A DNA stretch of 64,000 bases from Candidatus Sulfobium sp. (GCA_037380845.1 JARRRI010000005.1:1-64000); one strand, 5' to 3'. Counted from the stretch's first letter, positions 40,932 to 53,959 are shown. Notes: generated from the letters alone by a model not told the origin. Numbers and translations: made by a program.

Positions 40932-42119
40932 TTGATCAGAAAAGCTTTACTTCTCAAGATCTTCGACGGCTCCTACATGCAGAGATGGAACGACAAGGTC
41001 CGGCCAGTGGACTTTGTGGAACTGGACAAGCAGGCGCACAAGATGATCATCGCCTATTTCCTCGGGAAGTTCGAGGAGGGAACCCCGGGCTTCTCCTGGA
41101 TGGAGGTTATGGAAGGCGGAATATTCGAACTTCTCCAGCGGCTGGTCATCACTGACCTCAAGCCTCCCATCTTTTACCGCATCAGGGAAGACGCGGCCAA
41201 ATACCGCCTGCTGAACGAATGGGTCTACGGGGAGATTGAGCCGTTCATCTCCCCCCTGGGGCAGGAATTCTGCGGGAGGTTCAAGAGGTATTTTACTGAT
41301 ACGGAAGATACCCTGAACAAAAAGCTGCTCGGCGCGGCCCACTTTTATGCAACGAAATGGGAGTTTGACATACTGGAGAGGACGAACCCGGGCGGATACG
41401 AGATGGGGTCGATACGGCAGGCGCTCGAAATAAGGCAGGAATATTATTCCGATCTGGAGGGGATGGCAGCCCTCGCCACACATGAGAAGTACCGCAACTT
41501 CGTCGACCTCTGCGGTCAGCTGAGGTTCCAGACGAGATGGGCAAACCGCTATCGTATACCGAGGACATCGGTTATCGGCCATTCGCTGTTCGTCGCCGTC
41601 CTGTCTTATCTTTTTTCCCTAGAGATCGGGGCCTGTGAAAGCAGGTTGTTCAATAACTATTTTACCGGCCTTTTTCATGATCTTCCCGAGGTGCTCACGC
41701 GCGATATCATCTCCCCGGTGAAGCGGTCCATAGAGGGGCTGAGCGACCTTATAAAGGAGTATGAGAAGGAGCAGATGGAAAAGGAGATATACAGTCTGAT
41801 CCCGGTCGGGTGGCATGAGGATATAAGACTGTTTACGGAACACGAGTTCGACAGCATCATCGTGTCCGGGGGCGGTACCGTCAGGCTGACCAGCGATGAC
41901 ATAAATGCGCGGTACAACCGGAACGAGTTCATGCCGAGGGACGGCGAGCTTGTGAAGGCTGCCGATGTTCTGGCCGCATTTATCGAGGCCTTTGTAGCGA
42001 TAAAGAACGGAAGCCCTAGCCAGGAGTTCCAGGAGGCCAAGTCTTCTTTCAGAAGCGCCTACGGAAAGGCAGTCATCGCCGGAATCAATTTCGGCGAGAT
42101 CTACGCCGATTTCGACTGA
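40932..42119 (+). CDS. HD-domain phosphohydrolase (duplicated YfbR-like)
   Basis: QRWND, RW...SVIGH, LFHDLPE...RDIISPVK. Confidence 0.85.
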   Translation: MIRKALLLKIFDGSYMQRWNDKVRPVDFVELDKQAHKMIIAYFLGKFEEGTPGFSWMEVMEGGIFELLQRLVITDLKPPIFYRIREDAAKYRLLNEWVYGEIEPFISPLGQEFCGRFKRYFTDTEDTLNKKLLGAAHFYATKWEFDILERTNPGGYEMGSIRQALEIRQEYYSDLEGMAALATHEKYRNFVDLCGQLRFQTRWANRYRIPRTSVIGHSLFVAVLSYLFSLEIGACESRLFNNYFTGLFHDLPEVLTRDIISPVKRSIEGLSDLIKEYEKEQMEKEIYSLIPVGWHEDIRLFTEHEFDSIIVSGGGTVRLTSDDINARYNRNEFMPRDGELVKAADVLAAFIEAFVAIKNGSPSQEFQEAKSSFRSAYGKAVIAGINFGEIYADFD

Positions 42120-42146
42120 ACCACCTGTTGTTTCGTTAACGACTGT

Positions 42147-42231
42147 TAACCACGGACGGACACTGATAAACGCGGATAAGGAAAGAGCTTCTTTAGAATC
42201 CGTATCAGTCCACATTCATCCGAGGCCGAAA
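42147..42231. repeat. Degenerate CCACGGATGAACACGGAT-type palindromic element
   Basis: Left arm CCACGGACGGACACTGATAAACGCGGAT, right arm ATCCGTATCAGTCCACATTCATCCGAGG, between convergent genes. Confidence 0.5.
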
Positions 42232-42275
42232 TGCTTCTTTAGGGAGAGAGATTGTATCAAGTGGCGAAGACTTTC

Positions 42276-43352
42276 CTACCAGACTATGTCCTGGGAATCG
42301 AAAAACTTTCGCGCCTCCTCGTTGCCCAGGCTCGCAGCTTTCTTGTAATCCGTAATTGCCTGCTGATAGTTGCCCCGGGCCACGTATACAATCCCGCGGT
42401 TCAAGTAATATGCTCCTTCGGGATCCAGCTCGATTGCCTTGTTATAGTCATCTATGGCCCGGCCGTACTGGTGATTGTATGCAAAGGCCACGCCCCGGCT
42501 GTTATAGACCGCTGCTTTTCCCGGGTCCAGTTCTATGGACCTCGTCAGGGCTTGTATGGCTTCCGGATACCTGCCTGCCAATATTAACTCTTTACCCTTG
42601 CTGAGCCAGTAAGGACCTTCTACGGAATCTGTCGCACCGTCTGAAAGATTCCCTGTTTTCAATGCACTTTTTTCATTTCCGTTTTTCCCCGTGCTTCCCG
42701 GTGGTGAAGCCTCCGGAGCGGCTTTCTGCTCTATTTGCGATGTGCCTGCCGTCATGACGGTCCTCACGGATTTGTTAGAGAGTACCGGCAGAGAGATCAC
42801 CACGACAAACAGGAGGACGGCAGTCATCCACGCTACGGCTCTTTTGTGGAGTGGCGGTGCATCTAATTTATTGACCCCCTTTACCAGACCAAGTCCGGCC
42901 AGCCATCCGACCGCGCCCGAGACGATCGCAAGCAGAATGCTGCCGGCGCCGGATATACCAAAGAGGCTTACGTATAGAAGCAGGACCAGGACGGCGAGGG
43001 CGAAGGGAATATATCCCGGTTCAATAATGTCCGAAGCGGGCAGTTCGGCATGCGAGGCCGTGTCCGGGAAGGATTCTTCGAGGACTGACGGTTCCGGTCT
43101 GCGGACTTCTGACGCTACCGAAGCCGAAAAAGTGGCTGCCGAAGCGGCCTGGGCGATCTGAAGCATAACCTCCTCGTATGCTTCGTTGACTTCTGTAATC
43201 TTTTCTCTGGCAGATCTTCGCAGGGTGCTCTTCGGGCTGAGAAGGTCGGGATATATGCGATCTAAAAGTTCCTTGTGAGCAAGTCTTATTTCCGCCTCGG
43301 AGGCGCCCGGAGCGAGCCCGAGAACCTTATAACTGGTATCGATATCTTTCAT
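42276..43352 (-). CDS. J-like domain / transmembrane / TPR protein
   Basis: YKVLGL...YPD...EVNEAY, three TM helices, C-terminal TPRs. Confidence 0.85.
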   Translation of the reverse strand: MKDIDTSYKVLGLAPGASEAEIRLAHKELLDRIYPDLLSPKSTLRRSAREKITEVNEAYEEVMLQIAQAASAATFSASVASEVRRPEPSVLEESFPDTASHAELPASDIIEPGYIPFALAVLVLLLYVSLFGISGAGSILLAIVSGAVGWLAGLGLVKGVNKLDAPPLHKRAVAWMTAVLLFVVVISLPVLSNKSVRTVMTAGTSQIEQKAAPEASPPGSTGKNGNEKSALKTGNLSDGATDSVEGPYWLSKGKELILAGRYPEAIQALTRSIELDPGKAAVYNSRGVAFAYNHQYGRAIDDYNKAIELDPEGAYYLNRGIVYVARGNYQQAITDYKKAASLGNEEARKFFDSQDIVW

Positions 43353-43585
43353 CCCCGTCCTCAGTTCGTTTGTTTCGGCCGGCAGAAAGTCCGCGGGTTG
43401 TCAGGCTAGTGCCTTCAGAGGGGCGTTGCCCCAAGGAGTCTCCCGCCGGAGCGCTGCCTGTCCGCATTCTACATATCAAAAGTCTATCAGAAACAAAGAC
43501 AGAGTCAAACAGGCGGGCTCGTACCGGCCGCGGAGGGATTCTTAAGGGAATGCGGAAAAGGCGGAAGCTGTTCAGGCGGTGGACT

Positions 43586-44704
43586 TCACGCAGACGGGAC
43601 GAGCACCTTTCCCCTGAGTTCATCCATGAGCGTCTTGACAGGTACTATTTTATCCACTCTGTACGCATTGGTGCCTACGGTATAAAGAGGCTCTTCCCTG
43701 TCGGGGTTGTAGCCGGCGGAACTGAGCAGCCCGTTGCATATGCAGAAGCAGTTCTCATTACTCTCCTTCGCCGGACAACGCGTGTATTTCCCTTCATTGT
43801 CCTTGAGCAGCACATACCCCTTGTCACATTTTGGCGGCCGAAGTCTTTTCATGGCTGATTCATACATGGGCGACTGTTTGATTATCCTGAAAGGCAGCCC
43901 GCAGGGCGAGCCCGGCTTCGTCGCCACTATTATATCTTCCCTGCCGGCCGCTATTACGGCCCGCTTGTATAAGGGTGACGCGCTGCTTTCTTCGGTGGCG
44001 AGGAACCTTGTACCCATCTGGATGCCGTCGGCTCCCATCGTGATAAACCTGAGCAGGTCTCCATGCGAATATAATCCCCCGGCAACTATGACGGGGAAGC
44101 CCCCGTATTTCTTTGCCATGTCCTTTACCGGTGGAAAAAGGTTCTCAAGCCTGTTCGACTCCACATCTATCTGTTCGGGCCTGAATCCCAGATGACCGCC
44201 CGCAAGAGGACCCTCGAGCACTACAGCATCCGGCCGGTATCCGAGCCTTTCCCATTTCCTGCATATTAGTTCGAGGGCTCTGGCCGAAGACACGATAGGG
44301 ATCAGGGCCGTGTCCTTAGGCGGCTGAATGGACGGAAGGCTGAGAGGAAGTCCGGCGCCGGAGATGATTACATCCGCATCTGCGTCCAGGGCCCCGCGCA
44401 CCGAGTTCTCGTAATCCCTCATCAGGGCGACCATAATATTTATCCCTGCGACGCCTCCGGCCGCCTTCGCGAGCGACACCTCTTCATAGGCGGCCTCATA
44501 GGTATTGAGCTTTTTCCCCGTCCTCTTCGATACGAGCCGGTCAAGACAGGCGCTGGAAACGATGCCCACGCCTCCCTCCCGGGCAACAGCGCCCGCAAGA
44601 GGGGAAAGGGACACTCCAACGCCCATGCCTCCCTGTATGATCGGGACGCCTATCTTTTTCCCTTTGATGACAAGGGGCGGCAGCTGCGACAAGGAATCAG
44701 ACAA
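43586..44704 (-). CDS. Nitronate monooxygenase / FabK-like FMN oxidoreductase
   Basis: IIQGGMGVG, SGAGLP, EGPLAGGH, QMGTRF, C-terminal Cys cluster. Confidence 0.88.
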   Translation of the reverse strand: MSDSLSQLPPLVIKGKKIGVPIIQGGMGVGVSLSPLAGAVAREGGVGIVSSACLDRLVSKRTGKKLNTYEAAYEEVSLAKAAGGVAGINIMVALMRDYENSVRGALDADADVIISGAGLPLSLPSIQPPKDTALIPIVSSARALELICRKWERLGYRPDAVVLEGPLAGGHLGFRPEQIDVESNRLENLFPPVKDMAKKYGGFPVIVAGGLYSHGDLLRFITMGADGIQMGTRFLATEESSASPLYKRAVIAAGREDIIVATKPGSPCGLPFRIIKQSPMYESAMKRLRPPKCDKGYVLLKDNEGKYTRCPAKESNENCFCICNGLLSSAGYNPDREEPLYTVGTNAYRVDKIVPVKTLMDELRGKVLVPSA

Positions 44705-44997
44705 ACAAGACCTCTCCTAAATCCAGATTGCAGGCATAACTGTTAGCAGTAGATCTAACGGACAGAAAGACCCGCGCCGGCTAAGGTTAGCCAGATTTAT
44801 ATATATGATTACCCATACGCCGGGAATTTATCAAGGAAAAGTTGGAACCCTTCAGAAGAAGCCGGGATTGAGCCGGGCAATGCTGCTTCAGGCGGGCCCG
44901 TATTTATGTGGCAGACATCGTTATAGGTGATTTAGAATAGGATATGTTTCAGAGATTAAAGCATTTGAATTCCAGGAAGAATGCCGGGAGGTAACCG

Positions 44998-45411
44998 ATG
45001 CAGCTCTTTTGGACCGGGGATTTGTCTGTAGGGGTGCGGGAAATAGACAGCCAGCACCGCGAGTTATTCAGGATGATAAACGGTCTGGATGCTGCTATAA
45101 AGCAGGGGAAGGCGAAGAAGGAAATAATGGGGTTGGTCCGGTTTTTGGACGATTACATTGTCGACCATTTCGGCACCGAAGAAAAGTACATGACAGCGTA
45201 CGATTATCCGGACTATCAGTTGCACAGGAAAAGACATGAGTGGTTCACGGAAGAATTCTCCGGCATAAAGAGGAAGCTGGAAGGCGGGGCTCCTCTGGTC
45301 GACGTCATCGGACTTACCAACAACCTGCTGATAGCATGGTTTTCCAACCACATAAGGACAATCGACAAGGCTCTCGGCGGTTTTCTGGCGTCTAAAGGCA
45401 GAGGAGACTGA
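44998..45411 (+). CDS. Bacteriohemerythrin
   Basis: IDSQH, HFGTEE, HRKRH, HIRTID. Confidence 0.95.
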   Translation: MQLFWTGDLSVGVREIDSQHRELFRMINGLDAAIKQGKAKKEIMGLVRFLDDYIVDHFGTEEKYMTAYDYPDYQLHRKRHEWFTEEFSGIKRKLEGGAPLVDVIGLTNNLLIAWFSNHIRTIDKALGGFLASKGRGD

Positions 45412-45419
45412 CAGGCCGG

Positions 45420-47576
45420 TCACGACCGGATCTTCGGCGAGACCAGCCGTTCCCTGAGCCTCGTATATCTCATCTGCGGCTTGTTGTTCCTGATGGCTAT
45501 GGCGAGTGCTTTTCTTGTGCCGATGATTATTACGAGCTTTTTCCCGCGGGTGATGGCTGTGTAAAGCAGGTTTCTCTGCAGCATCATGTAGTGCTGGGTA
45601 AGCAGCGGCATGACTACGACCGGATATTCGCTCCCCTGGGATTTATGGACCGAGACCGCATAGGCGAGGATTATTTCATCGAGGTCTGTGAAGTCATAGA
45701 CAACTTGTTTGCCGTCATATTCTACTGTGATCTCCTGGTCTTCGCGGTTGATAGAAACGACCTTTCCTATATCGCCGTTGTATACGTCCTTATCGTAATT
45801 ATTCCGTATCTGCATTACCTTGTCGCCTGTTCTGAAGATCTTCGCGCCCCTGACCAGTTCGTCACCGGACGGGTTCAGGTGCTTCTGCAGTTCGGCGTTC
45901 AGGTTCGAGGCCCCTACTACGCCCCTGTGCATGGGGGTCAGCACCTGGATGTCGTCTACCGGGCGAAAGCCGAACTTCAGCGGTATTCTGTCCCTGCACA
46001 TGTCTACTATCATTTCACGGACCTTTTCCGGGTCTTCCATCTGTATGAAGTAAAAGTCCTGCGGTGTTTGGTTTCCCGCCGGGAAAGACGGAAATTCGCC
46101 GTCGTTAATCCGGTGGGCGTTCAAAATAATGAGGCTGGACCGCGACTGTCTGAATATTTCGTTCAGTCGCGCAACCGGGACGAAACCGGAGTCGATTATG
46201 TCCCTGAGAACATTCCCGGGTCCCACTGAGGGCAGCTGGTCGACGTCGCCCACCAGTATCAGTGTCGCACTCTTCGGTACGGCCTTCAGCAGGTGATGCA
46301 TCAGCAACGTGTCGATCATCGATGATTCGTCTACGATGACAAGGTCTGCGTCGAGAGGGGACTCACTGTTCTTCTTGAATCCCCCTTCCTTCGGACTGAA
46401 CTCCAGGAGCCGGTGGATGGTCCTGGCCTCACGCCCGCAGGTCTCAGTCATACGTTTTGCGGCCCTCCCGGTGGGGGCAGCCAGAAGTGTCTTCTGTCCA
46501 CGGCGCCCGGTAATCCTGATGATGGCATTGATTATCGTGGTCTTCCCTGTTCCCGGTCCTCCCGTCAGCACCAGCACCTTCCGTCCCAGGGCCTCCCGTA
46601 CCGCCTGCATCTGAGCACTGGCCAGTACGATATTCAGGTCCTGTTGCACCCTCCTGATGTCCGCTTCGGTGTCGTAAGGCATAGTCTTGCCGGGAGTATC
46701 CACTATCAGCCGGAGATTTTCGGCTATGGAGGTTTCCGCTGTATAGTAGCCTGCCAGGTACACCGCCTCATCCTCTGCCACCACGCTGGCTTCAAGTACA
46801 AGCCTGTCCAGGGCTTCCGTGATTGTATTGCTCTCTATGTCCAGGATGGTCCGGCATTCATCGAGGAGCGGAACGCGTGGATAAAAGACATGGCCTTCAT
46901 CCGCCAACTTGGTGAGGACATACATTATGCCGGCCTCGGCCCTCCTGGGTGAGTCTTTCGGTACGCCGAGTTTTGAAGCGATTTTGTCCGCGGTGAGGAA
47001 GCCGATGCCGAAGATATCCGAGGCCAGCCGGTAGGGGTTTTCCTTAACCACCTTAATGGATTCCTTTCCGTATTGCTTGTAGATCTTTGAGGCGTACGAG
47101 GAGCTGACTTCGTGGCCCTGGAGAAAGAGCATCACCTGCCGGATCTCTTTCTGCTCCGCCCAGGCCGCCCCGATCATCGCGACCCGCTTTTCGCCGATGC
47201 CCTCTATCTCCCGGAGCCTTTCGATGCCTCCCTCTATGATATCCAGTGTCTGAAGGCCGAACCTGTCTACCAGACGCCGGGCCATGACCGGTCCTATGCC
47301 CTTGATGAGACCGGAGCCGAGATATCTTTCGATTCCCTTGACGGTAGCTGGTACAACCGACTCATAAGAGACGATTTTGAACTGCTCACCATACCGGGGA
47401 TGGACGTCCCAGGTGCCCTTCAGCCTCAGTACCTCTCCGGGCGAGACGGAAACCAGGCTGCCTACGACAGTGACCGGGCGGCGGTACCCCTTCACCTTCA
47501 ACCGTGCCACAGTGTAATGGTTTTCCTCATTGCGGTACGTGATCCTCTCCAGTTGTCCCTGCAGTTCGACAATCAT
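45420..47576 (-). CDS. recD2: RecD2-like helicase
   Basis: IKGIGP, NPY, GGPGTGKT, DESSM, HKSQGSEY. Confidence 0.95.
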   Translation of the reverse strand: MIVELQGQLERITYRNEENHYTVARLKVKGYRRPVTVVGSLVSVSPGEVLRLKGTWDVHPRYGEQFKIVSYESVVPATVKGIERYLGSGLIKGIGPVMARRLVDRFGLQTLDIIEGGIERLREIEGIGEKRVAMIGAAWAEQKEIRQVMLFLQGHEVSSSYASKIYKQYGKESIKVVKENPYRLASDIFGIGFLTADKIASKLGVPKDSPRRAEAGIMYVLTKLADEGHVFYPRVPLLDECRTILDIESNTITEALDRLVLEASVVAEDEAVYLAGYYTAETSIAENLRLIVDTPGKTMPYDTEADIRRVQQDLNIVLASAQMQAVREALGRKVLVLTGGPGTGKTTIINAIIRITGRRGQKTLLAAPTGRAAKRMTETCGREARTIHRLLEFSPKEGGFKKNSESPLDADLVIVDESSMIDTLLMHHLLKAVPKSATLILVGDVDQLPSVGPGNVLRDIIDSGFVPVARLNEIFRQSRSSLIILNAHRINDGEFPSFPAGNQTPQDFYFIQMEDPEKVREMIVDMCRDRIPLKFGFRPVDDIQVLTPMHRGVVGASNLNAELQKHLNPSGDELVRGAKIFRTGDKVMQIRNNYDKDVYNGDIGKVVSINREDQEITVEYDGKQVVYDFTDLDEIILAYAVSVHKSQGSEYPVVVMPLLTQHYMMLQRNLLYTAITRGKKLVIIIGTRKALAIAIRNNKPQMRYTRLRERLVSPKIRS

Positions 47577-48050
47577 TCCTCAGTATCCTTCAGTTATTTT
47601 AACTTTAAGGTCGTCAAAAATCATGGTGACCGCCCGGAATGCCGGAGCAGAGTCGCAGTCGAGCGAGCCCGCGCATAACTCGCTGAACCCCAAAGTATGT
47701 TCAGCCCGGAATTCGCCGGGTTTCGGGATAGATGCCGAATCCCTGGATAAGATCGGGGTGGGTGTTTTAATATAAAAGGTCATGAATGGTCATATCTGTC
47801 CGGGATTGGAACAGAGGAATGGGTGAATATCTCACAGATACCGCGGACCGGCAGCTGTCAGAATGTTAACCCCTGTCTTCAAGCCGCATTGGTTTGCATC
47901 AAGTCTTTACTTTGCTTCTGAGACCCTTTTCAGGTAGACATTATCACGGGAAGCTGCGCAGTGTTTTTGAATATGCGTCCTCCCGGAAAGGATCGCGGAC
48001 GGCCGTGACCAGTTTTATCAATTAATTACATGGTAGAGGAGGAAAAAATA

Positions 48051-49517
48051 ATGTCGGAAAGAGAGAAGTTTGGCGTTTCGGTTTCGCCCCGTTTGGCTGT
48101 GCTGGTTTTTGCAGTCTTTTTTTGCCTGTCGGCCTTTGCCCCGGCCTCTTATGCCGAGACCGCCCCGAAGATCTCCAAACAATCCATAGACCTGTTAAAC
48201 AGGACGGGCGAGGCACTGGCCGAGGTAGCGGCCGCTGTTAAGCCGGCGATAGTCAATATATCGACCACCAGGACGGTGAAGGTCACAACCGGGATGCAGC
48301 CTTTCTTTAATGACCCCTTCTTCAGGCGTTTTTTTGGAGACAGAAACTTCGGACAGGGGCATCCCAGGGAGCGGAAGTCCCATGCGCTCGGTTCAGGCGT
48401 GATAACCTCGCCCGACGGGTATATCATTACTAACTACCACGTGGTAAAAGGCGCCGACAAGATCAAGGTGACGCTTTCCGACCAGAGGGAGTTTACCGGA
48501 GAGGTGATCGGCTCCGATCCCAAGACGGATATAGCGGTCGTAAAGATAAAGGCGAAGGACCTCCCCGTACTTCCATTGGGGAACTCCGACTTGATGAAGG
48601 CGGGCGACATCGTTCTGGCCGTCGGAAATCCTTACGGCCTCAACCAGACTGTGACCATGGGGATAGTGAGCGCAACCGGCCGCTCAAACGTGGGCATAGC
48701 TGATTATGAGGATTTCATTCAGACCGATGCGGCCATTAACCCGGGTAATTCGGGCGGCGCCCTGGTGAATGCCGGCGGCCAGCTGATCGGGATAAACACA
48801 GCTATCTTCAGCACTACCGGCGGATATCAGGGCATCGGCTTCGCGATACCGAGCAACATGGTAAAGACGATCATGAACAGTCTGATCAAATACGGCAAGG
48901 TGACGAGGGGATGGCTGGGCGTTTCGATTCAAAAGATCACCCCGGAGCTTTCCAAACAGTTCGGTCTCAAGAATGAAAACGGGGCGCTGGTCAGCGATGT
49001 CGTCGATAGAAGCCCGGCTCAGAAAGCCGGTCTGAAGCGGGGGGACGTAATAATAGAGTACGACGGCAAGGAGATAGATCAGCCTTATCAGCTGCGGAAC
49101 ATGGTGGGCAACACTAAGCCCGGCAGTGTTCATGAGGTTACCGTGCTGCGGGGAGGGAAGGAGATGACCTTGAAGGTTACCATCGGTGAACTCCCGTCGG
49201 AAATGCAGCAGGGGCCGGGAGGGGAATACCAGAATGTGCTGAAAGGCGTCGGCGTGCAGGACTTAACGCTCGGAATTGCAGCCAAACTCAATATCCCCGA
49301 CAGGGTCAAGGGAGTGGTCGTTACCAGTGTCGATGAGGGCAGTCCCGCTGCCGGTGTGCTCAAGGAAGGGGATGTGATTCAGGAGGTCAACAGGCACAGG
49401 ATAAAGGACGTCAAGGAATACAAGGATACCGTATCCGGGATCAAGCCGGACGAGACAGTGCTTCTGCTTATTTACAGGAACGGCTCTTCCGTGTTCGTGA
49501 CCCTGTCCTATAAGTAG
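48051..49517 (+). CDS. degQ: Do/DegQ serine protease with two PDZ domains
   Basis: TNYH, DIAV, INPGNSGG; SD GAGGAGG before ATG 48051. Confidence 0.93.
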   Translation: MSEREKFGVSVSPRLAVLVFAVFFCLSAFAPASYAETAPKISKQSIDLLNRTGEALAEVAAAVKPAIVNISTTRTVKVTTGMQPFFNDPFFRRFFGDRNFGQGHPRERKSHALGSGVITSPDGYIITNYHVVKGADKIKVTLSDQREFTGEVIGSDPKTDIAVVKIKAKDLPVLPLGNSDLMKAGDIVLAVGNPYGLNQTVTMGIVSATGRSNVGIADYEDFIQTDAAINPGNSGGALVNAGGQLIGINTAIFSTTGGYQGIGFAIPSNMVKTIMNSLIKYGKVTRGWLGVSIQKITPELSKQFGLKNENGALVSDVVDRSPAQKAGLKRGDVIIEYDGKEIDQPYQLRNMVGNTKPGSVHEVTVLRGGKEMTLKVTIGELPSEMQQGPGGEYQNVLKGVGVQDLTLGIAAKLNIPDRVKGVVVTSVDEGSPAAGVLKEGDVIQEVNRHRIKDVKEYKDTVSGIKPDETVLLLIYRNGSSVFVTLSYK

Positions 49518-49539
49518 CAGCCGAAAGAGAAAAAAGAAG

Positions 49540-49561
49540 GGGGCACGGCTTGCCGTGCCCC
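49540..49561. terminator. REP-like hairpin acting as terminator
   Basis: GGGGCACGGC-TT-GCCGTGCCCC with U-tract on minus strand; degenerate relative at 61471-61492. Confidence 0.65.
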
Positions 49562-51105
49562 TAGCCCTTCTCAGATATGCCATACCTCTTCATCTTGTAA
49601 CCTATCTGCCGGGGTGTGATGCCGAGTAGCCTTGCCGCTTTAGCCTGGACCCATCCGGTCTTTTTGAGCGCTTCGAGGATGTTGGCCTTTTCGATCTCTG
49701 CGATTGCCGACGGCAGGGCACTTTTTGGAGGGATACCATACCTTGTTCTGCCGGCCTGGCTTCTTATATTTAAAGGGACATCGGGGGTTGCTATTACCTT
49801 TCCGGCCGACATGACTACAAGACGTTCGATGGTATTCTCAAGTTCGCGCACATTGCCGGGCCAATCGTAGCTCGTGAAGACATCAAGGGCTTCAGGAGAC
49901 ATACGCAGGGATTTACCGTTTTCCTCGTTATATTTCTTCAGGAAGTATTCCACCAGGACAGGTACGTCCACGCGCCGCTCCCTGAGCGGGGGCAGGTAGA
50001 TGGGGACGACATTCAGGCGGTAATAGAGGTCTTCTCTGAACCGACCGCCTGCGACCAGTTCTTCGAGGTTGCGGCTGGTTGCGGCGATGAGACGTACGTC
50101 GACCTTGATGGTCCTCTCACCTCCGACCCTCTCGAATTCCTTCTCCTGTAGGACACGGAGTATTTTCGGCTGGAGTGTCAAGGGCAGGTCGCCTATCTCA
50201 TCGAGAAAAATGGTGCCCTTGTCGGCCAGTTCAAACCTTCCTTTCCGCACTGCCATGGCTCCCGTGAATGCTCCTTTTTCGTGACCGAAAAGTTCGGATT
50301 CCAGAAGGCCTTCCGGAATGGATGCACAGTTGAACTTTACGAACGGCTCCTTTGCCCTGGGGCTCATAAAGTGTATCGCCTTGGCTACAAGCTCCTTGCC
50401 GGTCCCGCTTTCCCCCCGCAGAAGCACGTTGGCCTTCGAAGGGGCCACACGGTGTACCGCTTCAAAAACTTCCTGCATGCTGTCGGACTGCCCGATGATA
50501 TTTTCTACCCGGTATTTGCCCTTGAGCTGCCGCCTGAGGTTTTCGCGCTCCAGGAGAAAGGCTTCTCTCTCCTCCTCGACTTCATTGTGAAGCTTCACCG
50601 ACTGTGCTATCAGCGACGCTATGATCTTCAGCAGTCTGATGTCTTCCTCAAAGGACAGGCTTTTCTCGCCGAATAATCTGTCTACGCTCAATACCCCGAG
50701 TGTCTCGTTCTTGAATTTAACGGGAACGCAAAGGAATGCGATATTCTCCTTTCTGATCGACTTGCGGGCACCTGTCTTGTTAAGGAAGAGCGGCTCATCG
50801 CCGATGTTCGGGATCACTATCGGGGAACCGAGTTTTGCGACCCTCCCGATAATGCCCTCTCCCAGTTTGTAGGACCCTCTCCTGATTTCGTCGGCCGTCA
50901 TGCCATGCGCCGCAACGATAGAAACTTCGGAATCCGTGCGAAGGGCGAGGGTGCCCCTCTTCATGTCGAGGTATTCGGACAGCACTTTCATTACCCCTCT
51001 CAGATTTGACTCCAGATTGAGGGAAGACCCGAGAAGTTTGCTGATCTCATAGAGGGCGGTCAGCTCGATGGTCTTACGTTGTCTCTCTTCCTGTCCCGTC
51101 GTCAT
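49561..51105 (-). CDS. NifA-like sigma54 activator (GAF-AAA+-HTH)
   Basis: GEGIIG...[36 protein letters not shown]. Confidence 0.92.
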   Translation of the reverse strand: MTTGQEERQRKTIELTALYEISKLLGSSLNLESNLRGVMKVLSEYLDMKRGTLALRTDSEVSIVAAHGMTADEIRRGSYKLGEGIIGRVAKLGSPIVIPNIGDEPLFLNKTGARKSIRKENIAFLCVPVKFKNETLGVLSVDRLFGEKSLSFEEDIRLLKIIASLIAQSVKLHNEVEEEREAFLLERENLRRQLKGKYRVENIIGQSDSMQEVFEAVHRVAPSKANVLLRGESGTGKELVAKAIHFMSPRAKEPFVKFNCASIPEGLLESELFGHEKGAFTGAMAVRKGRFELADKGTIFLDEIGDLPLTLQPKILRVLQEKEFERVGGERTIKVDVRLIAATSRNLEELVAGGRFREDLYYRLNVVPIYLPPLRERRVDVPVLVEYFLKKYNEENGKSLRMSPEALDVFTSYDWPGNVRELENTIERLVVMSAGKVIATPDVPLNIRSQAGRTRYGIPPKSALPSAIAEIEKANILEALKKTGWVQAKAARLLGITPRQIGYKMKRYGISEKG

Positions 51106-51339
51106 ATCTACGCCTTTTCAAGATAATATACCATACCAGATTTTCCGGCAGAATCTAAGAATCCTTCCTGCCAGGGGAGTCCGTTTCGGGACAGGCCGGG
51201 AATTCTGGTTTTGAACTTACATCGGGGACGTCCAGTAAGGGCCGCGATTTTGACCATTTATTGTGCAGGCCTGCTCAATAATCAGGCAAGTAATGGTTTG
51301 CGGGAAACCGGGTAAGCCTGTCTGCCGTGGAATGACAAC

Positions 51340-51355
51340 TGGCAAGGTTCTTGAT
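51340..51355 (+). promoter_or_regulatory. Possible sigma54 -24/-12 promoter
   Basis: TGGCAAGGTTCTTGAT (GG-N10-GA; -12 C not conserved). Confidence 0.4.
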
Positions 51356-51367
51356 AGCATATGTGAG

Positions 51368-52452
<1,085 letters not shown>

Positions 52453-52546
52453 AAAAACGGGGATAGGGCGGGGTGAGAGAAACAGCGATATATTTGTACT
52501 CGTCGAACTCCCGGACCTCGATAACAATCACTAATAAGGAGGAAGC

Positions 52547-53959
52547 ATGACACCGAAGGACGTAATCAAGCTGGCACAGGAAAACAAGGCTGTGATGGCG
52601 AATTTCAAGTTCCTTGATTTTCCTGGAATCTGGCAGCATTTCGCAGTACCGGTAGCCGAACTGACGGAGGACATATTCGAGGCGGGCCTGGGGTTTGACG
52701 GTTCCTCGATAAGGGGTTGGCAGGCGATCCATACCTCGGATATGCTTATTATCCCGGATGCCGAAACCGCCTTTATGGACCCCTTCATGGAATATCCGAC
52801 GATAAGCCTGATCTGCAACATCGTCGATCCTATCACGAAGGAATTCTATTCGAGGGACCCCAGGTATATCGCTCAGAAGGCGGAGAACTATCTGAGAGCG
52901 GCGAATATAGGAGATACAGCCTATTTCGGGCCTGAAGCGGAATTTTTTATCTTCGACAATGTACAGTTCGACCAGAATTCACACAGCGGCTACTATTTCA
53001 TCGACTCGGTCGAAGGTATCTGGAATTCGGGTCGTGATGAAAACCCGAACCTGGGCTACAAGCCGAGGCATAAGGAAGGATATTTCCCCGTGCCGCCCAC
53101 CGACAGCCTTGTGAATCTCAGGACGGAGATGGTCATGGAGATGCTGAAGTGCGATATCTACGTCGAAAGGGAGCACCATGAGGTGGCGACCGCGGGACAG
53201 GCGGAAATCGATATGAGGTTCGATTCCCTGGTCAGGATGGCGGACAAACTCATGCTTTTCAAATATATCATCAAGAATGTGGCAAGAAGACACTGCAAAA
53301 CCGTCACTTTTATGCCTAAACCCCTCTTCGGGGACAACGGCTCCGGTATGCACTGCCACCAGAGCATATGGAAGGACGGTAAGCCGCTCTTTGCGGGGAA
53401 CGGTTATGCGGGGCTGAGCGATACGGCACTGTATTACATTGGCGGCATCCTGAAGCACGCGGGCGCACTTGCCGCCCTTACCAATCCGACTACCAACTCT
53501 TACAAGAGATTGACCCCCGGGTTCGAAGCGCCGGTGAACCTTGCCTACTCCGCGAGGAACCGGTCGGCGTCGATAAGGATCCCCACTTATTCTCCGAGTC
53601 CGAAGGCCAAAAGGGTAGAGGTCAGGTTCCCCGATCCTTCCTGCAATGGCTACCTGGCCTTTGCGGCTATGCTTATGGCCGGTCTTGACGGGATAGAGAA
53701 CAAGATACATCCCGGCGAACCGCTCGACAAGGACATTTACGATCTGGGACCGGAGGAACTCGCTTCTGTCCCGACTGTGCCCGGCAGTTTGGATGAGGCT
53801 CTCGACAACCTCGAGGCCGATCACGAGTTTCTGATGAAGGGCGACGTCTTTACGGAAGATGCGATAGAGACCTGGCTGAACTACAAGAGGACAAAAGAGG
53901 TGGATGCACTGAGGCTCAGGCCGCATCCGCACGAGTTCTTCCTGTATTATGATATTTAG
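52547..53959 (+). CDS. glnA: Glutamine synthetase type I
   Basis: FDGSSI, HHEVA, DNGSGMH, adenylylation-site DIYDL. Confidence 0.98.
   Translation: MTPKDVIKLAQENKAVMANFKFLDFPGIWQHFAVPVAELTEDIFEAGLGFDGSSIRGWQAIHTSDMLIIPDAETAFMDPFMEYPTISLICNIVDPITKEFYSRDPRYIAQKAENYLRAANIGDTAYFGPEAEFFIFDNVQFDQNSHSGYYFIDSVEGIWNSGRDENPNLGYKPRHKEGYFPVPPTDSLVNLRTEMVMEMLKCDIYVEREHHEVATAGQAEIDMRFDSLVRMADKLMLFKYIIKNVARRHCKTVTFMPKPLFGDNGSGMHCHQSIWKDGKPLFAGNGYAGLSDTALYYIGGILKHAGALAALTNPTTNSYKRLTPGFEAPVNLAYSARNRSASIRIPTYSPSPKAKRVEVRFPDPSCNGYLAFAAMLMAGLDGIENKIHPGEPLDKDIYDLGPEELASVPTVPGSLDEALDNLEADHEFLMKGDVFTEDAIETWLNYKRTKEVDALRLRPHPHEFFLYYDI

Noticed and set aside
47580..48020. Possible ncRNA between recD2 and degQ
   Set aside because: Only short hairpins; no family features recognised.
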